Shown here piece by piece: positions 9,689 to 20,392 of a DNA stretch of 64,000 bases. The notes beneath the pieces are model-generated. The model saw nothing but the letters and a program-made list of their open reading frames with translations. It did not search any database and had not been told where the DNA came from. Numbering within the stretch: position 1 is the stretch's first letter; every line of letters starts with the position of its first letter. The stretch comes from Candidatus Bathyarchaeota archaeon (GTDB taxonomy: Archaea; Thermoproteota; Bathyarchaeia; Hecatellales; Hecatellaceae): assembly GCA_052246995.1 (NCBI GenBank), contig JBQPWD010000005.1:1-64000 (forward strand). The letters run 5' to 3'. The position numbers were made by a program, and so were the translations under genes.

Positions 9689-10745
9689 ATTTGGCTTCCA
9701 ACTCCTCAAGTTTTGAGAGGTTGCTTCCCTCGTAGTAGTGTAGTAAGTCCTTTAACTTCTTGTAGGCGGCTCCACTTTCAATAGATTGACGTGCAAGCTC
9801 CATGGCATAACCATAGTCTTCCGCTTTTCCACCTACAATAATCGCCGCGGCAGCATTTACAAGCACTATATCCTTTTTAGGGTTTCCATTTTTAAAGATG
9901 CCATAAAGAATTTTAAATGTAAGCGTAGCGCTTTCTTCAGGAGCGACTCCTGAAATTTCTTCAGGTTTAGCTTTTCTTACACCAAAATCTTCGGGTGTAA
10001 CCTCTAAAGTTTTAATTTCTCCGCTTCTTAACCATGCAACCAATGTTTTTCCTGTAGTGGATATTTCGTCAAGCCCATCTAACCCATGATAAACCATAGC
10101 TTCTTCAAGGTTGAGATGTTTAAGCACCATTACAACCTTATTCACAAGACTTGCTTCATAAACACCTATTACTCGGGTGTTTGCACATGCAGGGTTTGCC
10201 AATGGCCCAAGAATGTTAAAAACAGTTCTTATGCTTAACTCCTTTCGAACATTAGCCACGTTCTTCATTGCTGGATGGAATGCTGGAGCAAACATAAAAC
10301 CTATACCAATGTTTTCAATTGCCTTTTTAACGGTTTCAGGTTTCACGTTTAGGTTAAGCCCTAACTTTTCAAGGACATCAGCGCTTCCACATTTGCTGGT
10401 AACTGAACGGTTTCCATGTTTTGCTATGGTAACACCTGCTCCAGCAGCTACAAAGGTTGCTGTAGTGCTTATGTTAAAGGTTTTAAGCACATCTCCACCT
10501 GTTCCACATGTATCAACAAGACGACCATTAACTTCAGGTTTGATTTTATAACAAAACTCCATCATCGCAGAGGTGAAGGCGCTTAGCTCCTCTACTGTTT
10601 CACCCTTCATTCTTAAAGCTGTTAGAAAGGAGGCTACTTGAGGTGGAGTGGCCTCTCCAACCATGATTGTCTTCATGGCTTCAAAAGCTTCAGCATATGT
10701 GAGGTCTATTTTTTCCACAAGTTTTTGGATGGCTTTATGAATCAA
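9681..10745 (-). CDS. trpD: Anthranilate phosphoribosyltransferase
   Basis: DTCGTGGD..TFNIST, KHGNRSVTSKCGSAD, RTVFNILGPLANP. Confidence 0.97.
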   Translation of the reverse strand: MIHKAIQKLVEKIDLTYAEAFEAMKTIMVGEATPPQVASFLTALRMKGETVEELSAFTSAMMEFCYKIKPEVNGRLVDTCGTGGDVLKTFNISTTATFVAAGAGVTIAKHGNRSVTSKCGSADVLEKLGLNLNVKPETVKKAIENIGIGFMFAPAFHPAMKNVANVRKELSIRTVFNILGPLANPACANTRVIGVYEASLVNKVVMVLKHLNLEEAMVYHGLDGLDEISTTGKTLVAWLRSGEIKTLEVTPEDFGVRKAKPEEISGVAPEESATLTFKILYGIFKNGNPKKDIVLVNAAAAIIVGGKAEDYGYAMELARQSIESGAAYKKLKDLLHYYEGSNLSKLEELEAKYG

Positions 10746-10749
10746 TTTT

Positions 10750-11331
10750 TCACCAACCGTAAATGAAGTTTTCTAAAATTTTCTTACCGCATTCTGTTAA
10801 GATGGATTCCGGATGGAACTGAACCCCTTCAACAGGGTGTGTTAAATGTCGGATTCCCATTATTTCTCCGTCATCTAAAGCCTCTGCAGTTACTTTTAGA
10901 CAGCTGGGGAGTGAGCTTTTCTTCACAACTAGTGAGTGGTAACGCATGGCGGTAATGGGGTTTTTAACATTTTTGAAGATACCTTCTCCATCATGTTTTA
11001 CTAGGCTGGTTTTCCCATGCATAACCCTCCTAGCCCTTACAATCTTACCGCCGAAAACGGAGGCTATTCCTTGACATCCTAAACAAACACCTAAAGTTGG
11101 GATTTTTGGGCTTATAATCCGTAAAATATCGCTACAGATTCCGAAGTATCGGTTTTTTTCAGGTGTGCCAGGTCCAGGAGAAATAACTATCCTGTCAGGA
11201 TTAATCTCCAAGGTTTTTTTGAGAGTTAGCTTGTTGTTTCTAAACACTATGGGTTTTGCTTTAAGTTCTCCCAAGTATTGTACAAGGTTGTAAACAAAAG
11301 AGTCATAGTTATCAATAACCAAGACTTTCAC
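10750..11331 (-). CDS. trpG: Anthranilate synthase component II
   Basis: IDNYDSFVYNL, SPGPG, GVCLG, RYHSL, QFHPES. Confidence 0.95.
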   Translation of the reverse strand: MKVLVIDNYDSFVYNLVQYLGELKAKPIVFRNNKLTLKKTLEINPDRIVISPGPGTPEKNRYFGICSDILRIISPKIPTLGVCLGCQGIASVFGGKIVRARRVMHGKTSLVKHDGEGIFKNVKNPITAMRYHSLVVKKSSLPSCLKVTAEALDDGEIMGIRHLTHPVEGVQFHPESILTECGKKILENFIYGW

Positions 11332-12722
11332 GACACTTCATCCTCCTTAGCAAGTTGGAGAGCTTTAAACAAGGCTTCAGCCTTATGCTCCGTCTCAAAC
11401 CATTCTTTTTCAGGGTCTGAATCTGCAACTATTCCTGCTCCAGTTTGAATGTAGGCGTAATCTTTACATGCAATCAACGTTCTTATGGTTATGGCGAAAT
11501 CAGCATTCCCGTTAAATGAAAAGTAGCCTACAGCTCCAGCATATGGGCCTCTTCTTACACGTTCACATTCTTCAATGATTTCCATTGCTCTAACTTTTGG
11601 TGCTCCTGAAACAGTTCCAGCTGGAAAAACAGCCTTTAACGTGTCGTAGCTGTCACATCCATTTCTAAGCTTTCCAGTAACTCTTGAAACAATATGCTGA
11701 ACATGGCTGTACTGGTAAACTTTCATAAATTCAGGAACCGAAACTGTGCCGAATTCTGAAACTTTACCAACATCGTTTCTAGCCAAATCTACAAGCATTA
11801 CATGTTCTGCACGTTCCTTAGGGTCTAGGAGAAGTTCTCTTCTTAAAGCCCTGTTTTTAACTGCATCTTTAACACGTGGACGTGTACCGGCAATGGGAAA
11901 GCTTTCAATCCAGCCGTTTTCCACTCTAACAAGCATTTCCGGACTTGAGCCGACGATTTGACGTGGCCCCATTTTTAAGAAGTACATGTAGGGGGATGGG
12001 TTGATTTTCCGTAAAACCTTGTAAAACGGGATTAGACTTCCATGAAACTTAAATTCGTAACGTTTTGAGAGAACAACTTGGAAAATATCGCCAGCAGTTA
12101 TGTACTCTTTAGCCTTAGCAACGTTTTTTTCAAAATCTTTTTTGGTAATGTTAACTTTTAGGTCAGAGTGTTGGAGGGGTTCAACGTTAGATTTTTCATC
12201 AATTACTGCTAATAACTCCGCTAACCTGTTTCTGTTTAGATAGTAGTAGAAGGTTTCTTTCTTTTTATGGTTAAAAATTATGCCATCAAGAAAAATCGCC
12301 ATTTCAATGTCAGGAAAACCTAAATCATCAGTAGCCAAGTTTGGAAGCTTTTCCCAGTAACGGACAGCATCATATGAGATGTAGCCGACACCACCGCCAA
12401 GAAAACGGAAATTGTTTAATGTAACAGTCAATTTTCCGATAATTCTTCTTAGGGTATGTAGAGGATCTTTAACTTCTAAAAACGTTTTTTCTTCCTGAAC
12501 TTTGTTGTAAATTTCAGCCTTCCCATCTTTTATCTTCAAAACTATGTACGGGTCAAAACCGATGAAGGAGTATTCTGCAAGTTTTTTAGGGCCTTCTACG
12601 GACTCTAAAATGTAGATGTAATCGTAATGTTCAAAGATTTTGGTAAACAAGTTAACAGGTGAAGTCTTCCTTTTAAACTTCACAAGCATTGGATGTTCAG
12701 AATGCTTAGATAGGCCAAACAC
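11328..12722 (-). CDS. trpE: Anthranilate synthase component I
   Basis: [38 protein letters not shown]. Confidence 0.96.
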   Translation of the reverse strand: MFGLSKHSEHPMLVKFKRKTSPVNLFTKIFEHYDYIYILESVEGPKKLAEYSFIGFDPYIVLKIKDGKAEIYNKVQEEKTFLEVKDPLHTLRRIIGKLTVTLNNFRFLGGGVGYISYDAVRYWEKLPNLATDDLGFPDIEMAIFLDGIIFNHKKKETFYYYLNRNRLAELLAVIDEKSNVEPLQHSDLKVNITKKDFEKNVAKAKEYITAGDIFQVVLSKRYEFKFHGSLIPFYKVLRKINPSPYMYFLKMGPRQIVGSSPEMLVRVENGWIESFPIAGTRPRVKDAVKNRALRRELLLDPKERAEHVMLVDLARNDVGKVSEFGTVSVPEFMKVYQYSHVQHIVSRVTGKLRNGCDSYDTLKAVFPAGTVSGAPKVRAMEIIEECERVRRGPYAGAVGYFSFNGNADFAITIRTLIACKDYAYIQTGAGIVADSDPEKEWFETEHKAEALFKALQLAKEDEVS

Positions 12723-12772
12723 AATTCCCCATAGACATCAACATAATATTGGCATATAAGCATATATTTAAG

Positions 12773-12794
12773 CTTTAATGTACATTAAAGTACA
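12773..12794. promoter_or_regulatory. trp operator with TGTACA (TRP-box-like) repeats
   Basis: Perfect 18-bp palindrome CTTTAATGTACATTAAAG (12773..12790); TGTACA-N4-AGTACA directly upstream of the minus-strand TATA-like TTAAATATA. Confidence 0.6.
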
Positions 12795-13348
12795 TAGTAA
12801 AGCCTGCTTACTCTTACACTATTAAACGACATCCATGTTGCTTAAAGCTTTAAGCATAAGAAGATAGACGCATCATATGTATCCAAAATTCGGTTTTTAA
12901 GGAAGATAAACAATGCCAATTTCATAAGATTAAAAACAAACTCTCAAAAACAATAAATAAAAAACATGGTACCACAACTTTTCTACATACTTTAAGCAAC
13001 AACATATCTGAAAAACTGGAAAAGGGGAAATTGTAACAAAAATCTAAGTAACCGTCAACCTAACATTGCTAACCCTTTTATTACAACCCAACAAAAATCA
13101 AAAAGCTATAAAATAGGGAAAATAACCAACTTACTTTACCATATGGTTTAGGAATACATAAGGATTTGAAACGTAAACAAAACATTAACCTACCTTGCCA
13201 TCCAGCTTTATTTTCAAGTAAAATTTTCAAGTCACATATTTTCTAGGTGGTTTGAAGTTTTACATAAAAACTACTTAACTTACAAACTATATATTTGGCT
13301 TGTTCAATTAATTTATTTGCCAAAATGTTTGGTGGGGGCATCTTATTT

Positions 13349-14848
13349 ATGAAAAGTATTTTTCCAAAGAAAGGTTTGAGCAAAGAAGAGGTTTTACATA
13401 AGCTAAAAAACTATGCCACGGATGACCTTGACCCCTACAGTGGAAGACTTTTCACAATTGCGTTTGAGCCTGGAATTGAAGAAGTGCGTGAGGTTGCGTT
13501 TGAAGCGTTTAAGATGTTTGCATTTAAGAACATGCTTGACTTTACAGAGTTTCCAAGCATGATAAGAATGGAGAAGGATATAATAGATTATGCAACCTGC
13601 TTGATGCATGGCGATGATCAGGTTGTGGGGACGTTTACCTTTGGTGGAACTGAAAGTGTTTTTCTTGCAGTAAAAGCCGCAAGAGATAGTTTCCTGCTTA
13701 AGAAAGGTTCAATTACGGTTCCTGAGATAGTTATGCCAGTTACAGGACATCCATGTTATGATAAAGCTGCAGAGTATATGGGTTTAAAAGTTAAGAGGGT
13801 TAGAGTAGATGAAAAAACCTTCACAGCAGATCCGGAGGCAATTAACGAGGCGATAACAAAGGATACTGCAATGATTGTCGGCTCAACTCCAAATTGGCCC
13901 TTCGGCACCATAGACCCAATAAAAGACCTTGCTGACATAGCGGTTGATAAAGGTATATGGCTTCATGTTGACGCGTGTGTAGGTGGATTTGTTCTTCCAT
14001 TTATGAAAAAGTTTGATGAAAGAATTCCTGACTTTGACTTTAGAATTGAGGGGGTTTCTTCAATTTCAATGGATCCACATAAATACGCCTACACTCCAAT
14101 AGGCGCCTCGCTTGTGCTTTTTAGAAAAAAGTTTCATAAAATGTTTTCTCAATTTTCCAATTTGAGGTGGCCAGGTTATCCAATTGTAAACCCTGCAGTT
14201 TTATCCTCCCGTTCTGAGGCTCTTTTAGCTGCAGCATGGGCTACAATGCACTTCCTAGGTGAAGATGGCTACTTAAACCTTGCAAAAAAGATTGTTTCAG
14301 CAAAAAACAAGATAGTAAACGGATTGGGGGAGGCTGGTTACAGTGTTATGGGTGAGCCGTCTGTAATTGTAGCGTTCACGTCAGAGATAAACCTCTTTAA
14401 GCTTTCGGATGAAATGTCAAAAAGGGGATGGTTTTTAATGCCGCAAAAGGGAATTGCAAACATGAAAATACCGCCAAGTATTCATTTAACAATAACTCCA
14501 ATTCATGAAAAGATAGCGGATCTTATGATATCAGACTTGAAGGTGTGTACCGAGGTTGTGAAAAAGTTTCCACGAAACGAGGCTGAAAACCTGCTTGAAA
14601 TCTTCAGCATTGCTCTAGGTATACTTTCACCAGGTGAGATGGATATTGTAGCTCTTTCAAAGCTTTTTACTGAAGCAGAAAAAATCCTTGAAACCCAAGG
14701 AGAAAAAATTCTTCAGGCACTTGGGCTTGAAAAAGGCTTTCCAAAGGAGATGGGTTCAATTTTTCAACTGTTAGCTTCAATTCCACCAGAGATGGCGGAA
14801 CTGCTTGCAAACTATGTTGTGATAGAAATGTTCAAAAAAGGTGTTTAA
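13349..14848 (+). CDS. Group II PLP-dependent decarboxylase / sphingosine-1-phosphate-lyase-like enzyme
   Basis: GGTES, HVDACVGGF, SMDPHKY (PLP Lys); start moved to MKSIFP after GGTGGGG. Confidence 0.85.
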   Translation: MKSIFPKKGLSKEEVLHKLKNYATDDLDPYSGRLFTIAFEPGIEEVREVAFEAFKMFAFKNMLDFTEFPSMIRMEKDIIDYATCLMHGDDQVVGTFTFGGTESVFLAVKAARDSFLLKKGSITVPEIVMPVTGHPCYDKAAEYMGLKVKRVRVDEKTFTADPEAINEAITKDTAMIVGSTPNWPFGTIDPIKDLADIAVDKGIWLHVDACVGGFVLPFMKKFDERIPDFDFRIEGVSSISMDPHKYAYTPIGASLVLFRKKFHKMFSQFSNLRWPGYPIVNPAVLSSRSEALLAAAWATMHFLGEDGYLNLAKKIVSAKNKIVNGLGEAGYSVMGEPSVIVAFTSEINLFKLSDEMSKRGWFLMPQKGIANMKIPPSIHLTITPIHEKIADLMISDLKVCTEVVKKFPRNEAENLLEIFSIALGILSPGEMDIVALSKLFTEAEKILETQGEKILQALGLEKGFPKEMGSIFQLLASIPPEMAELLANYVVIEMFKKGV

Positions 14849-14961
14849 CTGTAAACTAACCTGGTTAACGTTTAAACATTTAAGGGATCAAAATTGGAGT
14901 AAAACTGAAAATGAAAAACATACAAGCTATGCACCACTTACCATCAACATCAACTTTTTAC

Positions 14962-16182
14962 TTACCAGTTGGCTGAAGAACCTAAACCTAACTTAAAAAT
15001 GATAAATGATAATGTAAACAGTATTCCACTTAACATGAATAGTAGGTTAAAGCCCAGAAGCATGGATATAAACCCTCCTACAAGCATACCGGTTGCACTT
15101 CCAAGTTCAATAACACCTGTGTAAAAGCCTACTCTCCCCTCTGGTATTATTTCCATACATAAAACATTGGTTGAAATTGTAAACATAGACCAGAAAACTC
15201 CTATTAAAACTAGGATTAAGATGGCAAGTGTAAGTGAAGCTGTGTAGGGTAGATAGATAAAAGCCGAGATTAAGGGAAAGAGAAATGCACGGAAAAGTGA
15301 GGATACTTGGACGGCCCGTCTTTCACCATGGTTTTCAATCCAGCCTTCACAAAAAATGTAGCCAAAAAGCGAGCCAAGTGAGTTGAATAGGAAGACGAAG
15401 AAGATTGAGGAGGAAGATACGCCAACATTTAGGAAAAAGATTGGAAGAGGCGTAAACGTCATTTGGGTTGCAAAGGAAAACATTAACACTCCAAGACAAA
15501 ACAGGATGGGGCTGTCCGAACCTGTAAACTTCCTGATAAACTGAGGTTTTAGCCTATCCTCCCAGCCAATTATGAAGGATACTCGGTTGACAACACCAAC
15601 AACCCTTTCAAACCTTAAAAATTTCCTCTCAACCATCCAAGGTGGATCCTCAACCAGAAATAGTGAAAGAATGAGGGATGTGAAGATAAAAATCCCTCCT
15701 AAAATGAGAAGCCCACGATAACCGTAGCTGGCAACTAAAAGTGTACCTGTAACCAATCCTATAAGGCTTCCAAGTGCCAAAGTAAACCTGTACCTTGCAA
15801 CATTACTATCCCATTCGCTTCTTGATGTAGACTCGGCAATAAGTATTCCTGCTACTGAAGGAGAAGCTGAACGGAAAACTCCAAGCATAGCACTTAAAAT
15901 TAAAAGTTCACCTATGCTTTTAACCTTGGATAGAAGGATAAATAGGAAGCTTAAAATTAGAAGAGATGATACTACAATTACCTTGCATCTTCTCATCTTA
16001 TCTGAAAGATAACCCCAAAAAATTGAAGCTGGAATTGATGAGAAACCTGCAACTGCAGCCGCCATGCCAACCTCAACTAAACTTCCATTCAACTCCCCAA
16101 CCACGTAAAGCGGTAGAAGAATGGAAAGCAATCCTAAAGCCATTTCCCCTGGAAGTAAAGCATAATACCAAGTCTGCTTCAC
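14962..16182 (-). CDS. MFS transporter
   Basis: GYLSDKMRR motif A, about 12 TM helices. Confidence 0.9.
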   Translation of the reverse strand: MKQTWYYALLPGEMALGLLSILLPLYVVGELNGSLVEVGMAAAVAGFSSIPASIFWGYLSDKMRRCKVIVVSSLLILSFLFILLSKVKSIGELLILSAMLGVFRSASPSVAGILIAESTSRSEWDSNVARYRFTLALGSLIGLVTGTLLVASYGYRGLLILGGIFIFTSLILSLFLVEDPPWMVERKFLRFERVVGVVNRVSFIIGWEDRLKPQFIRKFTGSDSPILFCLGVLMFSFATQMTFTPLPIFFLNVGVSSSSIFFVFLFNSLGSLFGYIFCEGWIENHGERRAVQVSSLFRAFLFPLISAFIYLPYTASLTLAILILVLIGVFWSMFTISTNVLCMEIIPEGRVGFYTGVIELGSATGMLVGGFISMLLGFNLLFMLSGILFTLSFIIFKLGLGSSANW

Positions 16183-16361
16183 TCAGTTTCCCACCTTACC
16201 AAGCTTGTTAGAAACTGTAGCAGGAATGATATTTTACAATAAAGGATATAAAGAATTTAGATGGAAAACTGCTTCCCACTTACTTAAAAAAGGTTGGGTA
16301 AAGGCTAATTTTTAACACATCCACTTAAAAACTGGATGTAAAAATTATGTTTTTTCAGCAT

Positions 16362-18152
16362 TTAAGGTGAAACGTAGTAGTATTCCTCTATCTCTTTCTG
16401 GTATCTATCCATTTTTGAACCTTCCTTGTTAACCCTAGGCCTTCCTGTTGACGGGTCTCTTCTAAACGTTACTCCAACGTCTTTTAGAAAGCTGTTCATT
16501 CCATCTCTAAGGCTTAAAGGTTTACTTGCACATCCATGTTTTCCAGGTTTTCCGCTGAAGCATATAAGCTTATCAGCTATAAAGTCTTGTACGCTAACGT
16601 CATGTTCAACAACTATTGCCGCTGCACCTAAATCTTCAACCCTCTTCCTGATAATTTTTGCAATACTAAGTCTTTCTTCAACATCAAGAAAAGCGCTAGG
16701 CTCGTCAAGCAGGTATAGTTGAAACTTTCCGGATAGGCATAAGGCTACAGCAACTTTTTGGATTTCACCACCGCTAAGCTCATCAGCCTTTCTGTTAAAA
16801 ATTTTTTCAAGCTCAAGAGGGGAAACAATTTCCGACCAGTATAGCGAGGTGTTAAATTCTTCTCCAGCAGCTTTTTTAAGCATTTCCTCAACTGTAAGCT
16901 CAGGGTTTAAGGAGACATATTGAGGTTTATAGCTTACATATTCACCAGAAGGCACGTAAACCTCCCCAACATCAGGTTTAATTTCACCTGAAAGAATTCT
17001 AATAAAGGTTGTTTTACCTATACCGTTTGGACCTAAAACCCCTATAACCTCACCTTTATAGATAACCCCCTCCTCAACCTCAAGGGTAAAATCTTTAAAA
17101 GACTTTTTAAGCCAAGTCCAGCTGAAAAGTGGTTGAACTCCAACCCATGTTGATGTTGGAGGTTTAACGTGAAAACGTATAGGTTCATCTCTAAACCTTA
17201 CGTTGTCATCAACAAGAAAACCTTCAAGGTAGACGTTTATTCCAACTCTAACTCCATGTGGATGGGAAACAATACCGTAAACTCCAGGTTTACCGTAGAT
17301 TATGCAAACCTGGTCTGAAAGGTAGTCTAACATGGCAATATCATGTTCAGCAACAACAACAGTTTTACCCTCCCCGGCAAGACTTCTAATAAGTTTGGCG
17401 GCGTTAAGCCTTTGTTTAACGTCAAGGTAGCTTGAAGGTTCATCAAAAATGTATACGTCAGCCTCCCTGCAAAATGCAACAGCAATAGCCAACCTTTGAA
17501 CTTCACCGCCTGATAAAACCTCAACTTTTCTGTTTAAAACCTCCTCAAGCTCCAGCTTATCAACAACATGGTCAAGTTTTCCACGTTCATCAAACCTTTT
17601 TAAAACATCTTTAACCTCGTCTTTAACAATTTTAGGAATTTTTTCAATATGCTGAGGTTTATGGACAACTTTAACTTTACCATCCTTAAGCCTTGAAAAG
17701 TATTCTTGTAAAGGTGAACCTTTAAAATGCTGTATAACATCGTCCCAGCTGGGCGGGGTGTTAAGTTTTCCAAGGTTAGGTTTAACTTCACCTGACAAAA
17801 TTTTTAAAGCTGTAGTTTTTCCTGTACCATTTTTACCTACAAGACCTGTAACCTTTCCAGGTAACGGTATAGGTAGCCTGTAAAGTTTAAAAGCGTTTTC
17901 CCCATACCTGTGGCTACATTCCTCCTCAAGCTCCTCTGGAAGGTTTACTATGGATAAAGCTTTAAAAGGACATTTTTTAACACAAATTCCACATCCACTA
18001 CACAAAACCTCAACAATTGAAGGTTTACCATCCTCATCCTCAAACTTTACAGCATAAATTTTTGTTCTAACCATTGGACAAAAACGTTGACAAACCTTTC
18101 CACATTCATCAGGTTTACATTTATCCTTATCTAAAACAGCAACCCTAACCAA
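16362..18152 (-). CDS. rli1: Ribosome recycling ATPase ABCE1/Rli1
   Basis: N-terminal Fe-S Cys cluster, two ABC domains (GKNGTGKT, GPNGIGKT), C-terminal RPRVNK. Confidence 0.97.
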   Translation of the reverse strand: MVRVAVLDKDKCKPDECGKVCQRFCPMVRTKIYAVKFEDEDGKPSIVEVLCSGCGICVKKCPFKALSIVNLPEELEEECSHRYGENAFKLYRLPIPLPGKVTGLVGKNGTGKTTALKILSGEVKPNLGKLNTPPSWDDVIQHFKGSPLQEYFSRLKDGKVKVVHKPQHIEKIPKIVKDEVKDVLKRFDERGKLDHVVDKLELEEVLNRKVEVLSGGEVQRLAIAVAFCREADVYIFDEPSSYLDVKQRLNAAKLIRSLAGEGKTVVVAEHDIAMLDYLSDQVCIIYGKPGVYGIVSHPHGVRVGINVYLEGFLVDDNVRFRDEPIRFHVKPPTSTWVGVQPLFSWTWLKKSFKDFTLEVEEGVIYKGEVIGVLGPNGIGKTTFIRILSGEIKPDVGEVYVPSGEYVSYKPQYVSLNPELTVEEMLKKAAGEEFNTSLYWSEIVSPLELEKIFNRKADELSGGEIQKVAVALCLSGKFQLYLLDEPSAFLDVEERLSIAKIIRKRVEDLGAAAIVVEHDVSVQDFIADKLICFSGKPGKHGCASKPLSLRDGMNSFLKDVGVTFRRDPSTGRPRVNKEGSKMDRYQKEIEEYYYVSP

Positions 18153-18223
18153 AAAAAGACACCAGTTAAATTTGAGAAGAAGAAGGGGAGGGTAAAAAAT
18201 TAATCTGATTTTAGTTTAAAGTT

Positions 18224-18340
18224 TCACCATTCCTCTTCTTCTTCCTCCCACTCTTCCTCCTCGCCCCATTCCTCCTCTTCTAATCCTTCTTCCTCCCACT
18301 CTTCTTCTTCGCTCCAATCGTCTTCCTCAAATTCTTCCAT
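18224..18340 (-). CDS. Highly acidic, Trp-punctuated microprotein (38 aa; in-frame upstream ATGs at 18361 and 18388)
   Basis: MEEFEEDDWSEEEEWEEEGLEEEEWGEEEEWEEEEEEW*; mixed GAA/GAG codons; co-oriented upstream of ABCE1. Confidence 0.6.
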   Translation of the reverse strand: MEEFEEDDWSEEEEWEEEGLEEEEWGEEEEWEEEEEEW

Positions 18341-18562
18341 TTTTACGAAATCCTTCAGCATGTTTTTTCCCCCAACCTCTATAAGCATTGTTTTTTGAGA
18401 GGTTGTTCTACTACTTAAATTTTACCGTTACTTTTTAACAGCCCCCTGAGTATTTAGTTATTTTGTGTAGATTTTAACAGAAAAAAAGTAATTAGCTTGT
18501 AGACTTCTTTCTTAGCTAAAGAATGTTTAATCCACTTGAAGAGTTAAAAAGATGATTTAAAA

Positions 18563-19174
18563 ATGATTGTTCCATTAAATGATGAAAACCTTAAGCTTGC
18601 AGCATCAATTGTGAAAAGGAATGGGCTTGTAGTTTACCCTACTGAAACAGTTTACGGGCTTGGGGCAAACCCTTTTAGCATGGAGGCTGTTAAAAAAGTT
18701 TTTAATGTAAAAGGAAGAAAAGAAGATAAACCCATACCTATAATTGTTTCAAGCCTAGATGAAGCGTTAAAACTAGCCTACTTCTCGGAAAAAGCTTTAA
18801 AGCTTGCAGAAAATTTTTGGCCTGGCCCGTTAACCATTATTCTTCCCCGTAAACCTTTAACACCAGATTTTCTTGGCAGTAGGGAGTTTGTGGGGGTTAG
18901 AGTTCCAAATAACGCTTCAACCCTTAAACTTGTAAAGATTTGTGGGGGATTTTTAACTGGGACAAGTGCAAACGTTAGCGGTCAACCTGCACCAGTAACA
19001 GCTGAAGAAGCTGAAAGACAGATTGGGAAGCATGTTGACTTGATAATTGACGGTGGAAGAACATTTTACGGTTTAAGCTCAACAGTTGTAGACCTTTCAT
19101 CAGGAGAGGTTAAGGTTTTAAGGGTAGGGCCGATTAAAATTGAGGACATTTTAAAAGTTTTAAGTAACATATAA
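18563..19174 (+). CDS. tsaC: Threonylcarbamoyl-AMP synthase (TsaC/YrdC, short form)
   Basis: PTETVYGLG, KGR, WPGPLT, TSANVSG, SSTVVD. Confidence 0.93.
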   Translation: MIVPLNDENLKLAASIVKRNGLVVYPTETVYGLGANPFSMEAVKKVFNVKGRKEDKPIPIIVSSLDEALKLAYFSEKALKLAENFWPGPLTIILPRKPLTPDFLGSREFVGVRVPNNASTLKLVKICGGFLTGTSANVSGQPAPVTAEEAERQIGKHVDLIIDGGRTFYGLSSTVVDLSSGEVKVLRVGPIKIEDILKVLSNI

Positions 19175-19233
19175 CTTTTTAAGTTGTTAACACCAAAATT
19201 TGTCAAGGTTAGTCTGTTTGGAGGCTGTCACTT

Positions 19234-20256
19234 TTGATGAAGTCTGAATTTAACATTTTTCAGTTGAAGGTTTCTCTACCTAGAAGCCCCTTACGTTATT
19301 TAAACTCCTATCTTATTGTTAATGGTGATGATAACCTTCTGATTGATACAGGTATTTTTTCTGAGAAGGCTTTTAACTCGTTAAAAAGTGAACTGGGTAG
19401 GGTTGGATTTAATGTTAAAGATGTAAAAAAGGTTTTGTTAACCCATTTTCACGCTGACCATGTTGGTTTAGCTGGAGTTGTTAAGTTGGAGTCTAATGCT
19501 GAAGTAATGATGAGCGACTTGGAGTATAGGTTGCTTAAAAAGTTTATAGTAGGTTTTAAGGAGAATTTTCAGGAAAAAGTTGATTTTTGTGTTAGTAACG
19601 GTTTACCGGAGGATTTAGCCTTAAAAATGTTAAAACTTCATCCTGCAACTAGGACTGTTAAGGCTTATAACCAGTTTTTAAATGTTGATAAGGCTCTTAA
19701 AGATGGGGATGAGGTTAAGGTTGGTGAGAAAAGCTTTAAAGCTGTTTTAACACCTGGACATACCCCTGGACATGTTTGTCTTTATGATGAAGATGATAAA
19801 ATTCTTTTTGCGGGAGACCATATACTTTTAACCATAACCCCAAACATAGCATTACCAGATAAAGGTTATGAGGTTCATCGTCCACTTAAAAGCTACCTTA
19901 ACAGTTTAGCTAAAATTAAGGATTTTGATGTTAAAACAGTTTTACCTGGTCATGGCAAAATTTTCTCAAACTTTAAAGGTAGAGTTGAAGAGTTATTTTT
20001 ACACCATAAACAGAGATGTATGGAAATTGTTGAAAAACTTAAAAAAGAGGATTTAACAGCCTACCAGATAGCTTCAAAAATTACATGGAATGTTAAGTAT
20101 TCATCTTGGGATAGGTATCCCCTTATGCAAAAATATTTTGCGTTTGCTGAAACAATGTCTCATTTACAGTTTTTAAAGGATAAAAAAGTTGTTGAAGAGG
20201 TTGAACGTGGAGGAGTAATCTACTACCACCTTTTAAACTTAAATTTTAAATTTTAA
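19234..20256 (+). CDS. Metallo-beta-lactamase-fold hydrolase with C-terminal winged helix
   Basis: THFHADH, PGHTPGH, GDH, PGHG. Confidence 0.9.
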   Translation: MMKSEFNIFQLKVSLPRSPLRYLNSYLIVNGDDNLLIDTGIFSEKAFNSLKSELGRVGFNVKDVKKVLLTHFHADHVGLAGVVKLESNAEVMMSDLEYRLLKKFIVGFKENFQEKVDFCVSNGLPEDLALKMLKLHPATRTVKAYNQFLNVDKALKDGDEVKVGEKSFKAVLTPGHTPGHVCLYDEDDKILFAGDHILLTITPNIALPDKGYEVHRPLKSYLNSLAKIKDFDVKTVLPGHGKIFSNFKGRVEELFLHHKQRCMEIVEKLKKEDLTAYQIASKITWNVKYSSWDRYPLMQKYFAFAETMSHLQFLKDKKVVEEVERGGVIYYHLLNLNFKF

Positions 20257-20392
20257 CCTTCATCCTTCCTTTAAGGAGATCTAGCTAACAGCTAAAGCAT
20301 CAACAACTTTTTATCTAAGCAATGTAGAGCTAAGGTCCTAGACCTCGGGTTGAAGGGCAAGTATGGCTTAGAATAGTCGGGTAGGTTGCTGC

